32,000 bases of DNA from NCBI RefSeq assembly GCF_008065095.1, contig NZ_CP042911.1:6150001-6182000 (forward strand). Direction: 5' to 3'. Within the stretch, counting starts at the first letter, position 1, and the number at the start of each line of letters is the position of its first letter. The notes under the pieces are model-generated. The model was not told the origin of the DNA. It worked only from the letters and a program-made list of their open reading frames with translations, and did no database searches. The stretch comes from Gemmata obscuriglobus (lineage in GTDB: Bacteria > Planctomycetota > Planctomycetia > Gemmatales > Gemmataceae). Made by a program: the position numbers and the translations under genes. Below, piece after piece: positions 1-8,634 of this stretch.

Positions 1-2205
1 GACGCGGACGGGTTCCGGTCGTTCGACGTCGGCACCGGCAAGCCGGAACGGACGAACGTTCTGCGCAGGCGAACGGAGCCGAACCTATTTCCTCCACGCG
101 AAGAGACCATCGGGGCCGGCTTTTCCCCGGACGCAAAGGTATACGCCGTTGTCCGGGGTAGCGGGGAAATGGTGCTGGGCAACACCGCCACGGGCGAAGT
201 GACACGCACGATCGCGAAAGCGATGACCATCCCCGAGAACATGGGGTACGCCCATGTGAACGTTCTGTTCACCCCGAACGGGACCGGGGTTTGCGTTCCG
301 ATCCTGAATGCCGCGGTTCCGATCTTCGACACGCAAACCGGAGAATCCAAGCACTCGCTGGCAAAGGAACTCGTCTCCCAAAGCAACACAATCTACAGCG
401 CCGCGTTCGCGGCAGACGGGCGCACGTTCGTTGCCGACACCCTCGCACGGGCGGAGGGGGAGCGAGTTGCCGCACCTTACGCGATCGCGGTCGGGGACGT
501 TGCGACCGGTAAAGTGGTGCGAACCATCCCACTGCCAGAGATGCCCCGTGTGCTGAGCGTGAGTCCGAACGGCAAGCTCGTGGCGGTCGGCACGCAATCG
601 AGCGGGCCGAGCCAGATACGGGTTCTGGACTTGGCGAGCGGCAAGGAAGTGCAGTCCGTTCCGCTCACCCTCACGCCCGCCCTGGTGACGTTCTCCCCCG
701 ACTCCCGGTTGCTCGCCGGCACGTGCCACTACGAAGGAAAAGTGACCGTGTGGGATCTCGGAAAGAACGGCCTCCACCCGCAATCAGCAGACGATTTTGA
801 CATATGGGCACACTTCGACGCCCGTGGTCACGTGGTGCTGAACCCGTTCGGCCGAACACATATGGTCGATTGGCGGAGCGGAAAGGTGGTGCAAGAACGG
901 TCGCGGGGACCCGAACCGAGCTACCAACCCGGCACCGCCAAGTCCGGGGATGGTAAGCTGCGCGCCGAGATCGAGTTTCCAAAGGGCAAACCGCAACAGT
1001 CGCGGGCGATTTTGGTGAAGGAGTCGGCTACGGACCGGACGGCGGCGCGGCTGGAGGGTCTGACCGATTTCCCGCGGCGAATGGTGTTCGCAGACGGGAA
1101 CCGCCTGCTCGTGACGGCCACCCAAGACGATGTGCTAACGGTTTGGGATGTCGGGGCCAAGAAGTCACTCTGGTCAGAGAAGTACCCCGCTCGAGCCTTC
1201 GGTTACAGCGGAATGGGCGAGCCCCATTCCGACGCCGCAAACCGCCGGATGGCGATCGCCTGGAGGGGCCAAAACGCAACTGTCATCGACGTGTGGGAAC
1301 TGCGCCGTCCCACGCGCGTGTCGCGGGTGGAAGTTCCGAACGCGCTGCTGGCCGCAGGTATCGCCTTCTCCCCGGACGGAGCGTACATCGCGGGTGGGAA
1401 CGATGCGGTCACGCTCTGGCGGGTGTCGGACGGCCGGAAGGTCCAGACCCTCGGCGGCCATGCGGCCAAGGAGGCGCGCAACGACCGCCCGAGGATATCC
1501 TGTGCGTTTTCGCCGGACAGTGGGAAACTGCTCACCGTCGATGGCACGGGAACGATCCGGTTGTGGGAGTGCGTGAGCGGGCAGTTGATCCGCACGTTCT
1601 CCGGGCACCACGGCCCGACCAGTGCTCACTTTTCACCGGACGGGCGACTGATCGTCGGAGCGAGCTACGATGCCCCCGTACTGATTTGGGATGTATACGG
1701 GCTAAAAGACCCACCCGCCTTCAACGCCGAGCGAATTTGGTCCAATCTGGCGGACGCCTCACCCGCAGCGGCCTTCCGGGCGGTGCGGGAACTGTGCGCC
1801 GCCCCCAAAGAAGCCGTCGTCCTGTTAAAGGAGAAATTGCCCCCGGAATCACTCGATGGGAAAGCGATCGACGCGCTGATTAAGGGCCTCTCTTCGGAGC
1901 AGTTCGCGGACCGGGAGCGAGCCACAACCGACCTCGGGAAGTACGGCGAATCGATCGCCCCGATGCTTCGCCAGGCGAACGGCGCCACCACGGACGCAGA
2001 AGGCCGTCAACGCCTCGCCGCGCTGCTGGGGCGAACGGAGCGACTCTCGCCAGCCGACCTGCGCGTTCGCCGGGCGATGGACGCCCTCGAACACCTCGAC
2101 ACACCGGAAGCGAAAGCACACTTGGAGACGCTGAGCCGGGGAACGCCCGGGTGTCTGCGGACCGTTTTGGCTCAAGAGGCACTGGCGCGGATTACCGAGC
2201 GGTGA
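1..2205 (+). CDS. WD40/beta-propeller repeat protein with helical C-terminal tail (5' end cut by window edge)
   Basis: Frame 1 has no stop from base 1 up to the first ATG at 169, so listed ORF 169..2205 is the tail of a longer gene. It has repeated blades such as FSPDSRLLAG..KVTVWDL, FSPDGAYIAGGNDAVTLWRV, FSPDSGKLLTVDGTGTIRLWE and FSPDGRLIVGASYDAPVLIWDV. The C-terminus is alpha-helical and Arg/Ala/Leu-rich. Third-position GC is high. TGA at 2203-2205. Confidence 0.85.
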   Translation, partial: DADGFRSFDVGTGKPERTNVLRRRTEPNLFPPREETIGAGFSPDAKVYAVVRGSGEMVLGNTATGEVTRTIAKAMTIPENMGYAHVNVLFTPNGTGVCVPILNAAVPIFDTQTGESKHSLAKELVSQSNTIYSAAFAADGRTFVADTLARAEGERVAAPYAIAVGDVATGKVVRTIPLPEMPRVLSVSPNGKLVAVGTQSSGPSQIRVLDLASGKEVQSVPLTLTPALVTFSPDSRLLAGTCHYEGKVTVWDLGKNGLHPQSADDFDIWAHFDARGHVVLNPFGRTHMVDWRSGKVVQERSRGPEPSYQPGTAKSGDGKLRAEIEFPKGKPQQSRAILVKESATDRTAARLEGLTDFPRRMVFADGNRLLVTATQDDVLTVWDVGAKKSLWSEKYPARAFGYSGMGEPHSDAANRRMAIAWRGQNATVIDVWELRRPTRVSRVEVPNALLAAGIAFSPDGAYIAGGNDAVTLWRVSDGRKVQTLGGHAAKEARNDRPRISCAFSPDSGKLLTVDGTGTIRLWECVSGQLIRTFSGHHGPTSAHFSPDGRLIVGASYDAPVLIWDVYGLKDPPAFNAERIWSNLADASPAAAFRAVRELCAAPKEAVVLLKEKLPPESLDGKAIDALIKGLSSEQFADRERATTDLGKYGESIAPMLRQANGATTDAEGRQRLAALLGRTERLSPADLRVRRAMDALEHLDTPEAKAHLETLSRGTPGCLRTVLAQEALARITER

Positions 2206-2223
2206 GGCCGGTTACAGGCAGGC

Positions 2224-2345
2224 GGTTTGGAGTGTGGTCCGCTCGCTCCGCGAGCGGGTTTTGCGGCCCGGAGCATGCGACACGGGTCGCCCGCCACGTC
2301 CGGCCCCGCGACCGCTCGCGGAGCAAGCGGACCACACTCCAAACC
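2224..2345. repeat. 122-bp imperfect palindrome: 34-nt terminal inverted repeats around a 54-nt spacer
   Basis: The left arm is 2224-2257 GGTTTGGAGTGTGGTCCGCTCGCTCCGCGAGCGG. The reverse complement of the right arm (2312-2345) is GGTTTGGAGTGTGGTCCGCTTGCTCCGCGAGCGG, a 33/34 match. The left arm also holds its own 8-bp hairpin (CCGCTCGC-TCC-GCGAGCGG); the right arm has the same hairpin with one mismatch. The element lies between the convergent stops at 2205 and 2367. Confidence 0.9.
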
Positions 2346-2366
2346 AGAAACGCCCTCAACCAAGCG

Positions 2367-3467
2367 CTACTGGTTGGCGTCGAGTGACACGTCGAGCTGC
2401 TGGCCGACGTAGAGCGGCACGTCCGCCCGGTCGATGACGTAAATCACCTGCAACACACGCGTGTCCACCCGCTCGGTGTTCCCGCCCGTCAGCGACTTCT
2501 TCGGCACCACGTAGGGCTCGACGCGCACGAACGTGAGCGGGAACCGTGTCCCGGGCTCGCCGCGCGGCGCGGCGGTGCCTTTCATTCCCGGTTTGAACCG
2601 GCCGATGTCGTTCTCGTCCACGTCCACCCGCACGTTCAACCGCCCGACGGTGCCCAGCACGATGCTCGCCTGCCCCGCCGTGGTGCCGACGTACTCGCCC
2701 GGCCGCACGTTCACCTGCAACACCTTGAACTCCACCAGATCGCCCGACGGGATCGGGTCGAGCGTGCGGTCGGCGCCCGGCTTGCGGACCCGCGGGGCCA
2801 GCACCTTGAGACGGTCCAGTTCGGTGCGGGTCTGCTCCATCTGGGCCTGAGCCTGCGCGACCGCGGCGCGGCTGACGGCGGCGTCGAACGCCCACGCCCC
2901 GGCGCGGCTCAGTTCGAGTTCGGCCTCGGTGCGGCGCAACTGCGCCCGCGCCACGTCCACCGCCATCTGGCGCGTCTCGTAGCTCTCGTTCGACCCGACG
3001 CCGCTGTTCAGCTCGCGCCGCGCCCGCTCGAACAATTTCGTCTTGTCGTCGAGGTTGGCTTTGGACTCCACCACCTTCGCTTCGAGCGGCGGCAGTTCTT
3101 CCTTTCGGGGCATCGCCTCGAGCTTCGCGAGCTGCGCCTCCGCACTGTCGCGCGCGGCCCGGCGCACCGCGAGTTCGGCGGTCATCTGGCGGTCGTCGAG
3201 GTCGAACAGCGGCGCCCCCGCAAGCAGCCGGTCACCGGGCCGGACGTGGACCGCCTTTACCACCCCCGGCACGTGCGTGCCGACCGCAATGTTCTCGGTC
3301 TCGGGCTCGACGATGCCGGCGCCGGCCACCTGGCGCCCGAACGGCGACCGCCCCGGATCGACCGGCGGGCTGACCGGCGCCGGCACCTGCTGCGCCTTGG
3401 TCATCGACAGGATCGCGAACGAGAACGCCAGCAGCGCGACCGCGGGGAGTAGATACCGTATGAGCAT
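2367..3467 (-). CDS. HlyD-family membrane-fusion / periplasmic adaptor subunit of an ABC efflux system
   Basis: It has an N-terminal TM/signal anchor (MLIRYLLPAVALLAFSFAILSM), a lipoyl-like hairpin segment (GVVKAVHVRPGDRLLAGAPLFDLDD), a long coiled-coil (AELAVRRAARDSAEAQLAKLEA...AQLRRTEAELELS) and a beta-barrel C-terminus. The track ORF begins with TTG at 3473; the ATG at 3467 two codons downstream is the likelier start. Confidence 0.9.
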   Translation of the reverse strand: MLIRYLLPAVALLAFSFAILSMTKAQQVPAPVSPPVDPGRSPFGRQVAGAGIVEPETENIAVGTHVPGVVKAVHVRPGDRLLAGAPLFDLDDRQMTAELAVRRAARDSAEAQLAKLEAMPRKEELPPLEAKVVESKANLDDKTKLFERARRELNSGVGSNESYETRQMAVDVARAQLRRTEAELELSRAGAWAFDAAVSRAAVAQAQAQMEQTRTELDRLKVLAPRVRKPGADRTLDPIPSGDLVEFKVLQVNVRPGEYVGTTAGQASIVLGTVGRLNVRVDVDENDIGRFKPGMKGTAAPRGEPGTRFPLTFVRVEPYVVPKKSLTGGNTERVDTRVLQVIYVIDRADVPLYVGQQLDVSLDANQ

Positions 3468-3519
3468 GGGCAACCCTCGGGAGCCGGGCGGAAGTGCGGA
3501 AACAGTAACGAACTCGCCG

Positions 3520-4251
3520 TTAGTGCTCCGCCCTCACACCCGGACTGTTCTTGGTTTCGATCCGCTCGATGCGCCCGTCGGCCATCGACACGATACGGTC
3601 GCCGAAGTCGTACACGCGGCTGTCGTGGGTCACGACGATCACCGCCCGATCGGGCTGAACGGCCACCTTCCGGATCAGTTCCATCACCGTGCGCCCGCTG
3701 GCGGCGTCGAGGGCCGCCGTCGGCTCGTCGCACACCAGCAGCCGCGGCTCGTGGACCAGCGCGCGGGCGATCGCGACCCGCTGCTGTTGGCCGCCGGAGA
3801 GCTGGTTCGGGTAGGAGTCGAGCCGGTTGCCCAGCCCCACCGCGGTGAGCAGTTCCCGGGCCTTCGCCACCGCCTTCGCGCGGCTCCAGCCGGCGATCAG
3901 CAGCGGCACGCACGCGTTCTCGGCCGCGGTCAGCGCCGGGAGCAGGTTGTACTGCTGGAACACGAACCCGATGTTGTCCCCGCGGAACCGCACCTTCCGG
4001 GCACCGCCCATCCGGGTGAGGTTCTGGCCCAGCACCTCGGTTTGTCCCCGGGTCGCGTCGAGCAGCCCCGCCACCACCGAGATGAGCGTGGTCTTCCCGC
4101 ACCCGGAGGGACCGACGAGTAGGACGAGTTCGCCATACGGCAGTTCCAGGTCGATGTCGGCGAGCGCGAGCGTTTTCGTGTCGCCGGTGCCGAACTCCTT
4201 CGCCACCCCCGAAAGTGCTACGGCGGCATTCCGAACCGCAACATCCGTCAT
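3520..4251 (-). CDS. ABC transporter ATP-binding protein (MacB/LolD/DevA-like)
   Basis: Walker A is GPSGCGKTT, the ABC signature is [15 protein letters not shown], Walker B is [12 protein letters not shown] and the H-loop is VVTHD. The track start at 4278 is GTG. The ATG at 4251 (MTDVAVRN...) with a G-rich stretch just upstream is the likelier start. Confidence 0.95.
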   Translation of the reverse strand: MTDVAVRNAAVALSGVAKEFGTGDTKTLALADIDLELPYGELVLLVGPSGCGKTTLISVVAGLLDATRGQTEVLGQNLTRMGGARKVRFRGDNIGFVFQQYNLLPALTAAENACVPLLIAGWSRAKAVAKARELLTAVGLGNRLDSYPNQLSGGQQQRVAIARALVHEPRLLVCDEPTAALDAASGRTVMELIRKVAVQPDRAVIVVTHDSRVYDFGDRIVSMADGRIERIETKNSPGVRAEH

Positions 4252-4638
4252 AGCGCCCCCAGTAGTCTCATGCTCCACACATCAATCACAAACCGTTTCT
4301 TGCTAACACTTTGCGGCACAATCGCCGCCATACACCTGAGCCGCGTTCCGCACAATTTGGAGCGTTGTGCGGGTTTTGAGGGCGTGATTCGGTGGTAGCG
4401 ACCAGCCAGCGACCGGGCAGCGAATCAGCAGTCCTGGCCCCAGCGAAGGTCTCGTCCGCGCCCTCTCACCGCTCATCCGTGTGCCGCGGTGTAACCCCCG
4501 TTACAATGCCGCGAGCGGTCGGCCCTCATCAAGCCCGGCGGCCCCACTTCGAGCGCGCGGACACTTCACCTAATGACCTGATGTCAGCCGCTCGCGTTCG
4601 GCGAGTGGTGGGGTGACGCGAACGGGCATCCCGGGGAC

Positions 4639-5796
4639 TCACCGGAACACCACGGCCGGTTCGAGGAACAGCACCCGCTTGAGGCTCATCGCCGCGGAGG
4701 CACTGATGATGACCAGAACCGCACCGGCGGTGATGACCAGCACCTGCCAGGGGAAGTGGAACGCCGGCGGGGCGTTCTTCACCGCCCGCTCGAACACGAA
4801 CCCGAACAGCGCCGCTCCGCCCACACCCAACCCGTAGCCGATCAGCCCCACCACCAGCGCCTGAAGCATCACCATGCGCACGATCCGCATGTTGCTCACG
4901 CCCATCGCCTTCAGCGAGCCGAACTGTTTCAGGTTCTCGACCGTGAACAGGTAGAAGGTCTGCCCAGCGATCGCGCACCCGACGATGAACCCCAGCGCCA
5001 CCGTGATCCCGAAATTGATCGGGATGCCGGTCCGCTTCAGGTAGTAGCCGATGGTGCTCCAGAAGAACTGGTCGTTGGTCTGCGCCCGCAGGTCGCCGGT
5101 CTGGCCCTCGATCCGGGCACACAGCTCTTCGGGGCTCACCCCGTCGTCGGCCTTCGCGAGCACGAAGGTGAGCGTCTTGCGCTCCTGGGGGACGTACTTC
5201 ACCGCCTGCGAGTACGTGCAGTACAGGATCGGGAACGTCTGGAACGTGGGGCTGCACTTCACCAGCCCCACGATCACTGCCCGCTTGTCGTTCATCTCCA
5301 GCGTCTTGCCCGGCACGAACGGCTCGCTGCCGAACAGATACCGCCAGCCGAACTCGTCCATGAACACCGCGTCCGGCTGGCGCAGGTCCTCGAGTTTCCC
5401 GACCAGGAGCTTCCCCTGCTCCACCGCGGGCGCGCCGGTCAGCGTCGCGTCGTCCACGCCGATCAGGATCACCTGCTGGAAGTTCCCGTCCGCGAGCCGG
5501 GCGCGGCCCAGCCCCTTGTACAGCCGCACCGCCCAGCGGACCCCTTCCACCCCGCGCACCCGGTACAGCGCGTTCTCCGAGAGCGGCTTGGTGTCGTCCA
5601 CGAACTGCACGTTCTTGTCCATCACCCAGACGTCCGCGCCCTGGATGTCGCGGATCTGGCTCGTCGTGTTCCGCATCAGCCCGCAGAAGATGGCGCTCTG
5701 CTGAGCCATCAGGAGCGCGGCGAACGCCACCCCGAACACGATCCCGAGGTACTTGACCCGGTCGCCCAGCAGCATCTTCAGCGCGACCCAGTTCAT
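4639..5796 (-). CDS. ABC transporter permease, FtsX-like / DevC-type (N-terminal TM, large periplasmic domain, 3 C-terminal TMs)
   Basis: The product is 385 aa. It has an N-terminal TM (YLGIVFGVAFAALLMAQQ), a ~230-aa soluble domain and a C-terminal FtsX-type TM cluster (GITVALGFIVGCAIAGQTFYLF...LKAMGVSN..IVRMVMLQALVVGLIGYGLGVG...). It sits in a cluster with the ATPase and the HlyD adaptor. Confidence 0.85.
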   Translation of the reverse strand: MNWVALKMLLGDRVKYLGIVFGVAFAALLMAQQSAIFCGLMRNTTSQIRDIQGADVWVMDKNVQFVDDTKPLSENALYRVRGVEGVRWAVRLYKGLGRARLADGNFQQVILIGVDDATLTGAPAVEQGKLLVGKLEDLRQPDAVFMDEFGWRYLFGSEPFVPGKTLEMNDKRAVIVGLVKCSPTFQTFPILYCTYSQAVKYVPQERKTLTFVLAKADDGVSPEELCARIEGQTGDLRAQTNDQFFWSTIGYYLKRTGIPINFGITVALGFIVGCAIAGQTFYLFTVENLKQFGSLKAMGVSNMRIVRMVMLQALVVGLIGYGLGVGGAALFGFVFERAVKNAPPAFHFPWQVLVITAGAVLVIISASAAMSLKRVLFLEPAVVFR

Positions 5797-5836
5797 AGCG
5801 TCCTCCGAACACGCCCGGCCGGTGCCGGAACCGGGG

Positions 5837-6502
5837 TTACAGTTTCTCGACTTGCGGACCGGCGGCGCCGACCGGCGGGGCGTGCCCCAGCGCCGCCAGC
5901 GTAAACGCCACCACGTGCTCCGCCACGGCGGTCGCGTCCAGCGCCGCCACCGGTTCCTTGCCGAAAATGAGTTCCGCGACCCGGATGTTCTGGCGGTAGA
6001 AGAGGCACTGCCCGATCACGCTGAACCCCGTCATCAGGAGCCGACGTTCGTCGAGATGGGGGAGCAGTTCGCGGAGGATCGCGAGCAGGGCGAACGCGGC
6101 CGGCTGGATGAACTCACTGACCACCACGTGCGCCGCCTGCCCGGGGTCGGACATCTCGCGCATCATCAGCTTCATCGCCGACGGGCTGACCGGGGCGCGC
6201 ATCATCGTGACCATGGCGCCCACAAACACCCGGAGCTTTTCGACCGGAGGCATGTCCGGTGTGATCGGAACGTCGTCCATCCGCCCGGCGCAGGCGTGCG
6301 CGCGTTTGACCGCCTCGATGTACAGTTGTTCCTTGCCACCGAAATAGTAGTTGATCGCCGCAATGTTCGCCCCTGCGGCCTGGCAAATCTCGCGCACGGT
6401 CGCGGCTTTGAACCCGCGCTCGGCGAACACCTCTTGCGCCGCGGCCAGCACCCGCTCGTAGGCTCCGGACTCGTCTGCCGGCGGTAAGGAGGCATCACTC
6501 AT
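5837..6502 (-). CDS. TetR/AcrR-family transcriptional regulator
   Basis: The N-terminal HTH is RVLAAAQEVFAERGFKAATVREICQAAGANIAAINYYFGGKEQLY. The track ORF starts at TTG 6517; the ATG at 6502 (MSDASLPP...) is likelier. The gene lies directly upstream of the ABC efflux genes on the same strand. Confidence 0.9.
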   Translation of the reverse strand: MSDASLPPADESGAYERVLAAAQEVFAERGFKAATVREICQAAGANIAAINYYFGGKEQLYIEAVKRAHACAGRMDDVPITPDMPPVEKLRVFVGAMVTMMRAPVSPSAMKLMMREMSDPGQAAHVVVSEFIQPAAFALLAILRELLPHLDERRLLMTGFSVIGQCLFYRQNIRVAELIFGKEPVAALDATAVAEHVVAFTLAALGHAPPVGAAGPQVEKL

Positions 6503-6512
6503 GGCGGCACAA

Positions 6513-6565
6513 AACAAACGCTTGTTTCAATCGACTGCTTCAAAGATAACAAACGTTTGTTTCAA
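6513..6565. promoter_or_regulatory. Two 18-nt near-identical palindromic operator-like sites (probable TetR operators)
   Basis: Site 1 is 6513-6530 AACAAACGCTTGTTTCAA and site 2 is 6548-6565 AACAAACGTTTGTTTCAA. They differ at one base and start 35 bp apart. Site 2 contains a perfect 14-bp palindrome, AACAAACGTTTGTT. Site 1 begins 11 nt upstream of the tetR ATG, in the divergent intergenic region. Confidence 0.7.
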
Positions 6566-6708
6566 GTCAACAATTGGGTCCGAAAAAAGGCCGCGCGCAC
6601 CGAGTTGGGACTTCAACCCGGTGCCCTCATCCGGACCGCGCTCGTAACCGGGTTGCCCACAGCTACATCAATTTCACAGAGATAATGCCGCCGAACCGGG
6701 AGGAAGAG

Positions 6709-7386
6709 ATGAACGTTCTGGTCACCGCCGGGAACACGCAAACCCCCGTCGATCGGGTGCGCTGCATCACCAACATCTTTTCGGGCCGTACCGGCGCACA
6801 GATCGCTGCGACGGCCTTCGACCGCGGACACGTCGTCACGCTGCTCACATCGCACCCGGAGGTGCTCGAAACGATCGGCGGGGCGCGCCCACGAGTCGCG
6901 CCCGATTGGTCCGTCCGGAGTTACCGCACCTTTGACGACTTGGAACGGCTGATGGCCGCGGAAATCACCTCCGGGCGCTACGAGGCGGTGGTTCACGCTG
7001 CCGCCGTGAGCGACTTCCACGTTGCGGGCGTGTTCAGCTATCGAGAGGGCCAGTTCGAGGACGTGTCGGCCGGGAAGGTGAAGAGTTCGCACCCGGAGTT
7101 GTGGCTCAAGCTGGTGCCGGCTCCGAAACTGGTCGATAAGGTGCGCGGTGAGTGGAGGTTCGGCGGACTATTAATGAAATTCAAGCTGGAGGTTGGAGTT
7201 TCGGAGTCCGAATTGCTAGACATTGCCGAGCGATCGCGCGTGCAATCGGGTGCCGACCTGATGACGGCCAACACGCTGGACGGCATGCACGACTGGGCCT
7301 TCGTCGGCGCCGGCACGGGGGGCTACAGCAAGGTGCCCCGTGCAGAACTATCCGCACGCATTTTGGAGCGAATGGAAAAGAAATAG
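6709..7386 (+). CDS. coaB: Stand-alone CoaB-like (DFP C-terminal domain) phosphopantothenate--cysteine ligase family protein
   Basis: MNVLVTAGNTQTPVDRVRCITNIFSGRTGAQIAATAFDRGHVVTLL matches the CoaB signature (ITAG.T.EP.DPVR.I.N.SSG..G), and AAAVSDF lies downstream. GGGAGG sits at 6698-6703, 5 nt before the ATG at 6709. The 135-nt upstream part of the track ORF has no family similarity. Confidence 0.75.
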   Translation: MNVLVTAGNTQTPVDRVRCITNIFSGRTGAQIAATAFDRGHVVTLLTSHPEVLETIGGARPRVAPDWSVRSYRTFDDLERLMAAEITSGRYEAVVHAAAVSDFHVAGVFSYREGQFEDVSAGKVKSSHPELWLKLVPAPKLVDKVRGEWRFGGLLMKFKLEVGVSESELLDIAERSRVQSGADLMTANTLDGMHDWAFVGAGTGGYSKVPRAELSARILERMEKK

Positions 7387-7485
7387 GATTGCTCGCGGAA
7401 CGGGATCGCAGTTGCTAAAGTGGGCTTAATCCCTCGGCGCCCGTCAATCCCCGTTGCTATTATGGTTGTCACTTCGGAAGACCAA

Positions 7486-8634
7486 ATGCCCCACGTCCTC
7501 GTTGTGAACGCCGGTTCCTCGAACGTCAAGTTTGCGGTGTTCCGTGCGGGCGCGGCGCTCCAGGAGGTCGCCCGCGGAAAGGTCGAAGGCGCCGACTCCG
7601 CGGCCGCAGTTCTGGAACAACTGGAAGAGCGGGGGGCGCTGGGCGACCTCGTGGGCGTGGGGCACCGGCTGGTCCACGGCGGCCCGCGGCACACGGCCCC
7701 GGCCCTCGTCACGCCGGAACTGGTGCGCGACTTGGAGGAGTTAAAGGCGCTCGACCCGACGCACCTCCCCGCCGAACTGGGACTAATCGATGCGGTCGCG
7801 AAGCGGTGGCCGGGGGTGCCGCAGGTCGCGTGCTTCGACACCGCGTTCCACCGCGACCTGCCGGCCGTCGCGCGCACCCTGCCCATTCCGCGGCGGTACC
7901 TGGACCAGGGGGTGCGGCGGTACGGCTTCCACGGCATTTCCTACGAGTACCTCCTTGCGGAACTCGTGCGTGTCGCGGGTGCGGAAGTGGCACACGGGCG
8001 TGTCATTTTCGCACACCTCGGGTCGGGTTCGAGCCTGGCGGCGGTGCGAAACGGCACATGCGTGGACACGACGATGGGCTTCACCCCGGCCGGCGGTCTG
8101 GTGATGGGCACCCGCACCGGGGACCTCGACCCCGGCGTGCTGGTTCACCTCCTGCGGTCCGAGGGCCTGAACGCGGAGCGACTCGACACCCTGGTGAACC
8201 GCGAGTCCGGGCTCCGCGGGCTGTCGGGGACGAGTTCGGACCTCCGCGAACTGCTGACGAACGAGGCCGCCGACCCCCGCGCGGCGGAGGCGGTAGCGGT
8301 GTACTGCTACCAGGTGCGGAAGTGGATCGGGGCGATGGCGGCGGCGCTGGGCGGGCTGGATACACTGGTCTTCTCCGGGGGGATCGGCGAGAACTCGCCC
8401 GATGTCCGGGCGCGCATCTGCGCGGGGCTGAGCTTCTTCGGCGTGCAGCTTGCTACGGAAGCCAACGCCGCCGGCGCGCCGATCATCTCCTCCGACATCG
8501 CCCCGGTCGTCGTTCGGGTGATCCCGACGGACGAAGAGGTGATGATCGCCCGCACGGTGCAGCGCCTGTCGAACGCAACCCCGCCCGACGAAGGAACCCG
8601 CGAATGGCCGAACCGATCCCGGACGCCCTGCTGA
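7486..8634 (+). CDS. ackA: Acetate kinase
   Basis: The N-terminus [19 protein letters not shown] carries the acetate/propionate kinase phosphate-1 motif. Further matches are [28 protein letters not shown] and the C-terminal [12 protein letters not shown]. The start is set at ATG 7486, inside track ORF 7420..8634. Confidence 0.93.
   Translation: MPHVLVVNAGSSNVKFAVFRAGAALQEVARGKVEGADSAAAVLEQLEERGALGDLVGVGHRLVHGGPRHTAPALVTPELVRDLEELKALDPTHLPAELGLIDAVAKRWPGVPQVACFDTAFHRDLPAVARTLPIPRRYLDQGVRRYGFHGISYEYLLAELVRVAGAEVAHGRVIFAHLGSGSSLAAVRNGTCVDTTMGFTPAGGLVMGTRTGDLDPGVLVHLLRSEGLNAERLDTLVNRESGLRGLSGTSSDLRELLTNEAADPRAAEAVAVYCYQVRKWIGAMAAALGGLDTLVFSGGIGENSPDVRARICAGLSFFGVQLATEANAAGAPIISSDIAPVVVRVIPTDEEVMIARTVQRLSNATPPDEGTREWPNRSRTPC

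Noticed and set aside
4392-4616. 74-aa plus-strand ORF in the ABC-cluster gap
   Set aside because: It has no ribosome-binding site and no family similarity, and it is antisense to the operon. I treat the region as non-coding.
4529-5904. 427-aa minus-strand (4529..5812) and 382-aa plus-strand (4756..5904) ORFs over the ABC permease gene
   Set aside because: These are alternative-frame or antisense ORFs without TM segments or motifs. The 385-aa frame has the FtsX-type topology.
7806-8603. N-terminal 266-codon extension of the phosphoketolase ORF
   Set aside because: It lies out of frame inside ackA, with an Arg/Gly/Pro-rich translation. Phosphoketolase family similarity begins at [19 protein letters not shown].
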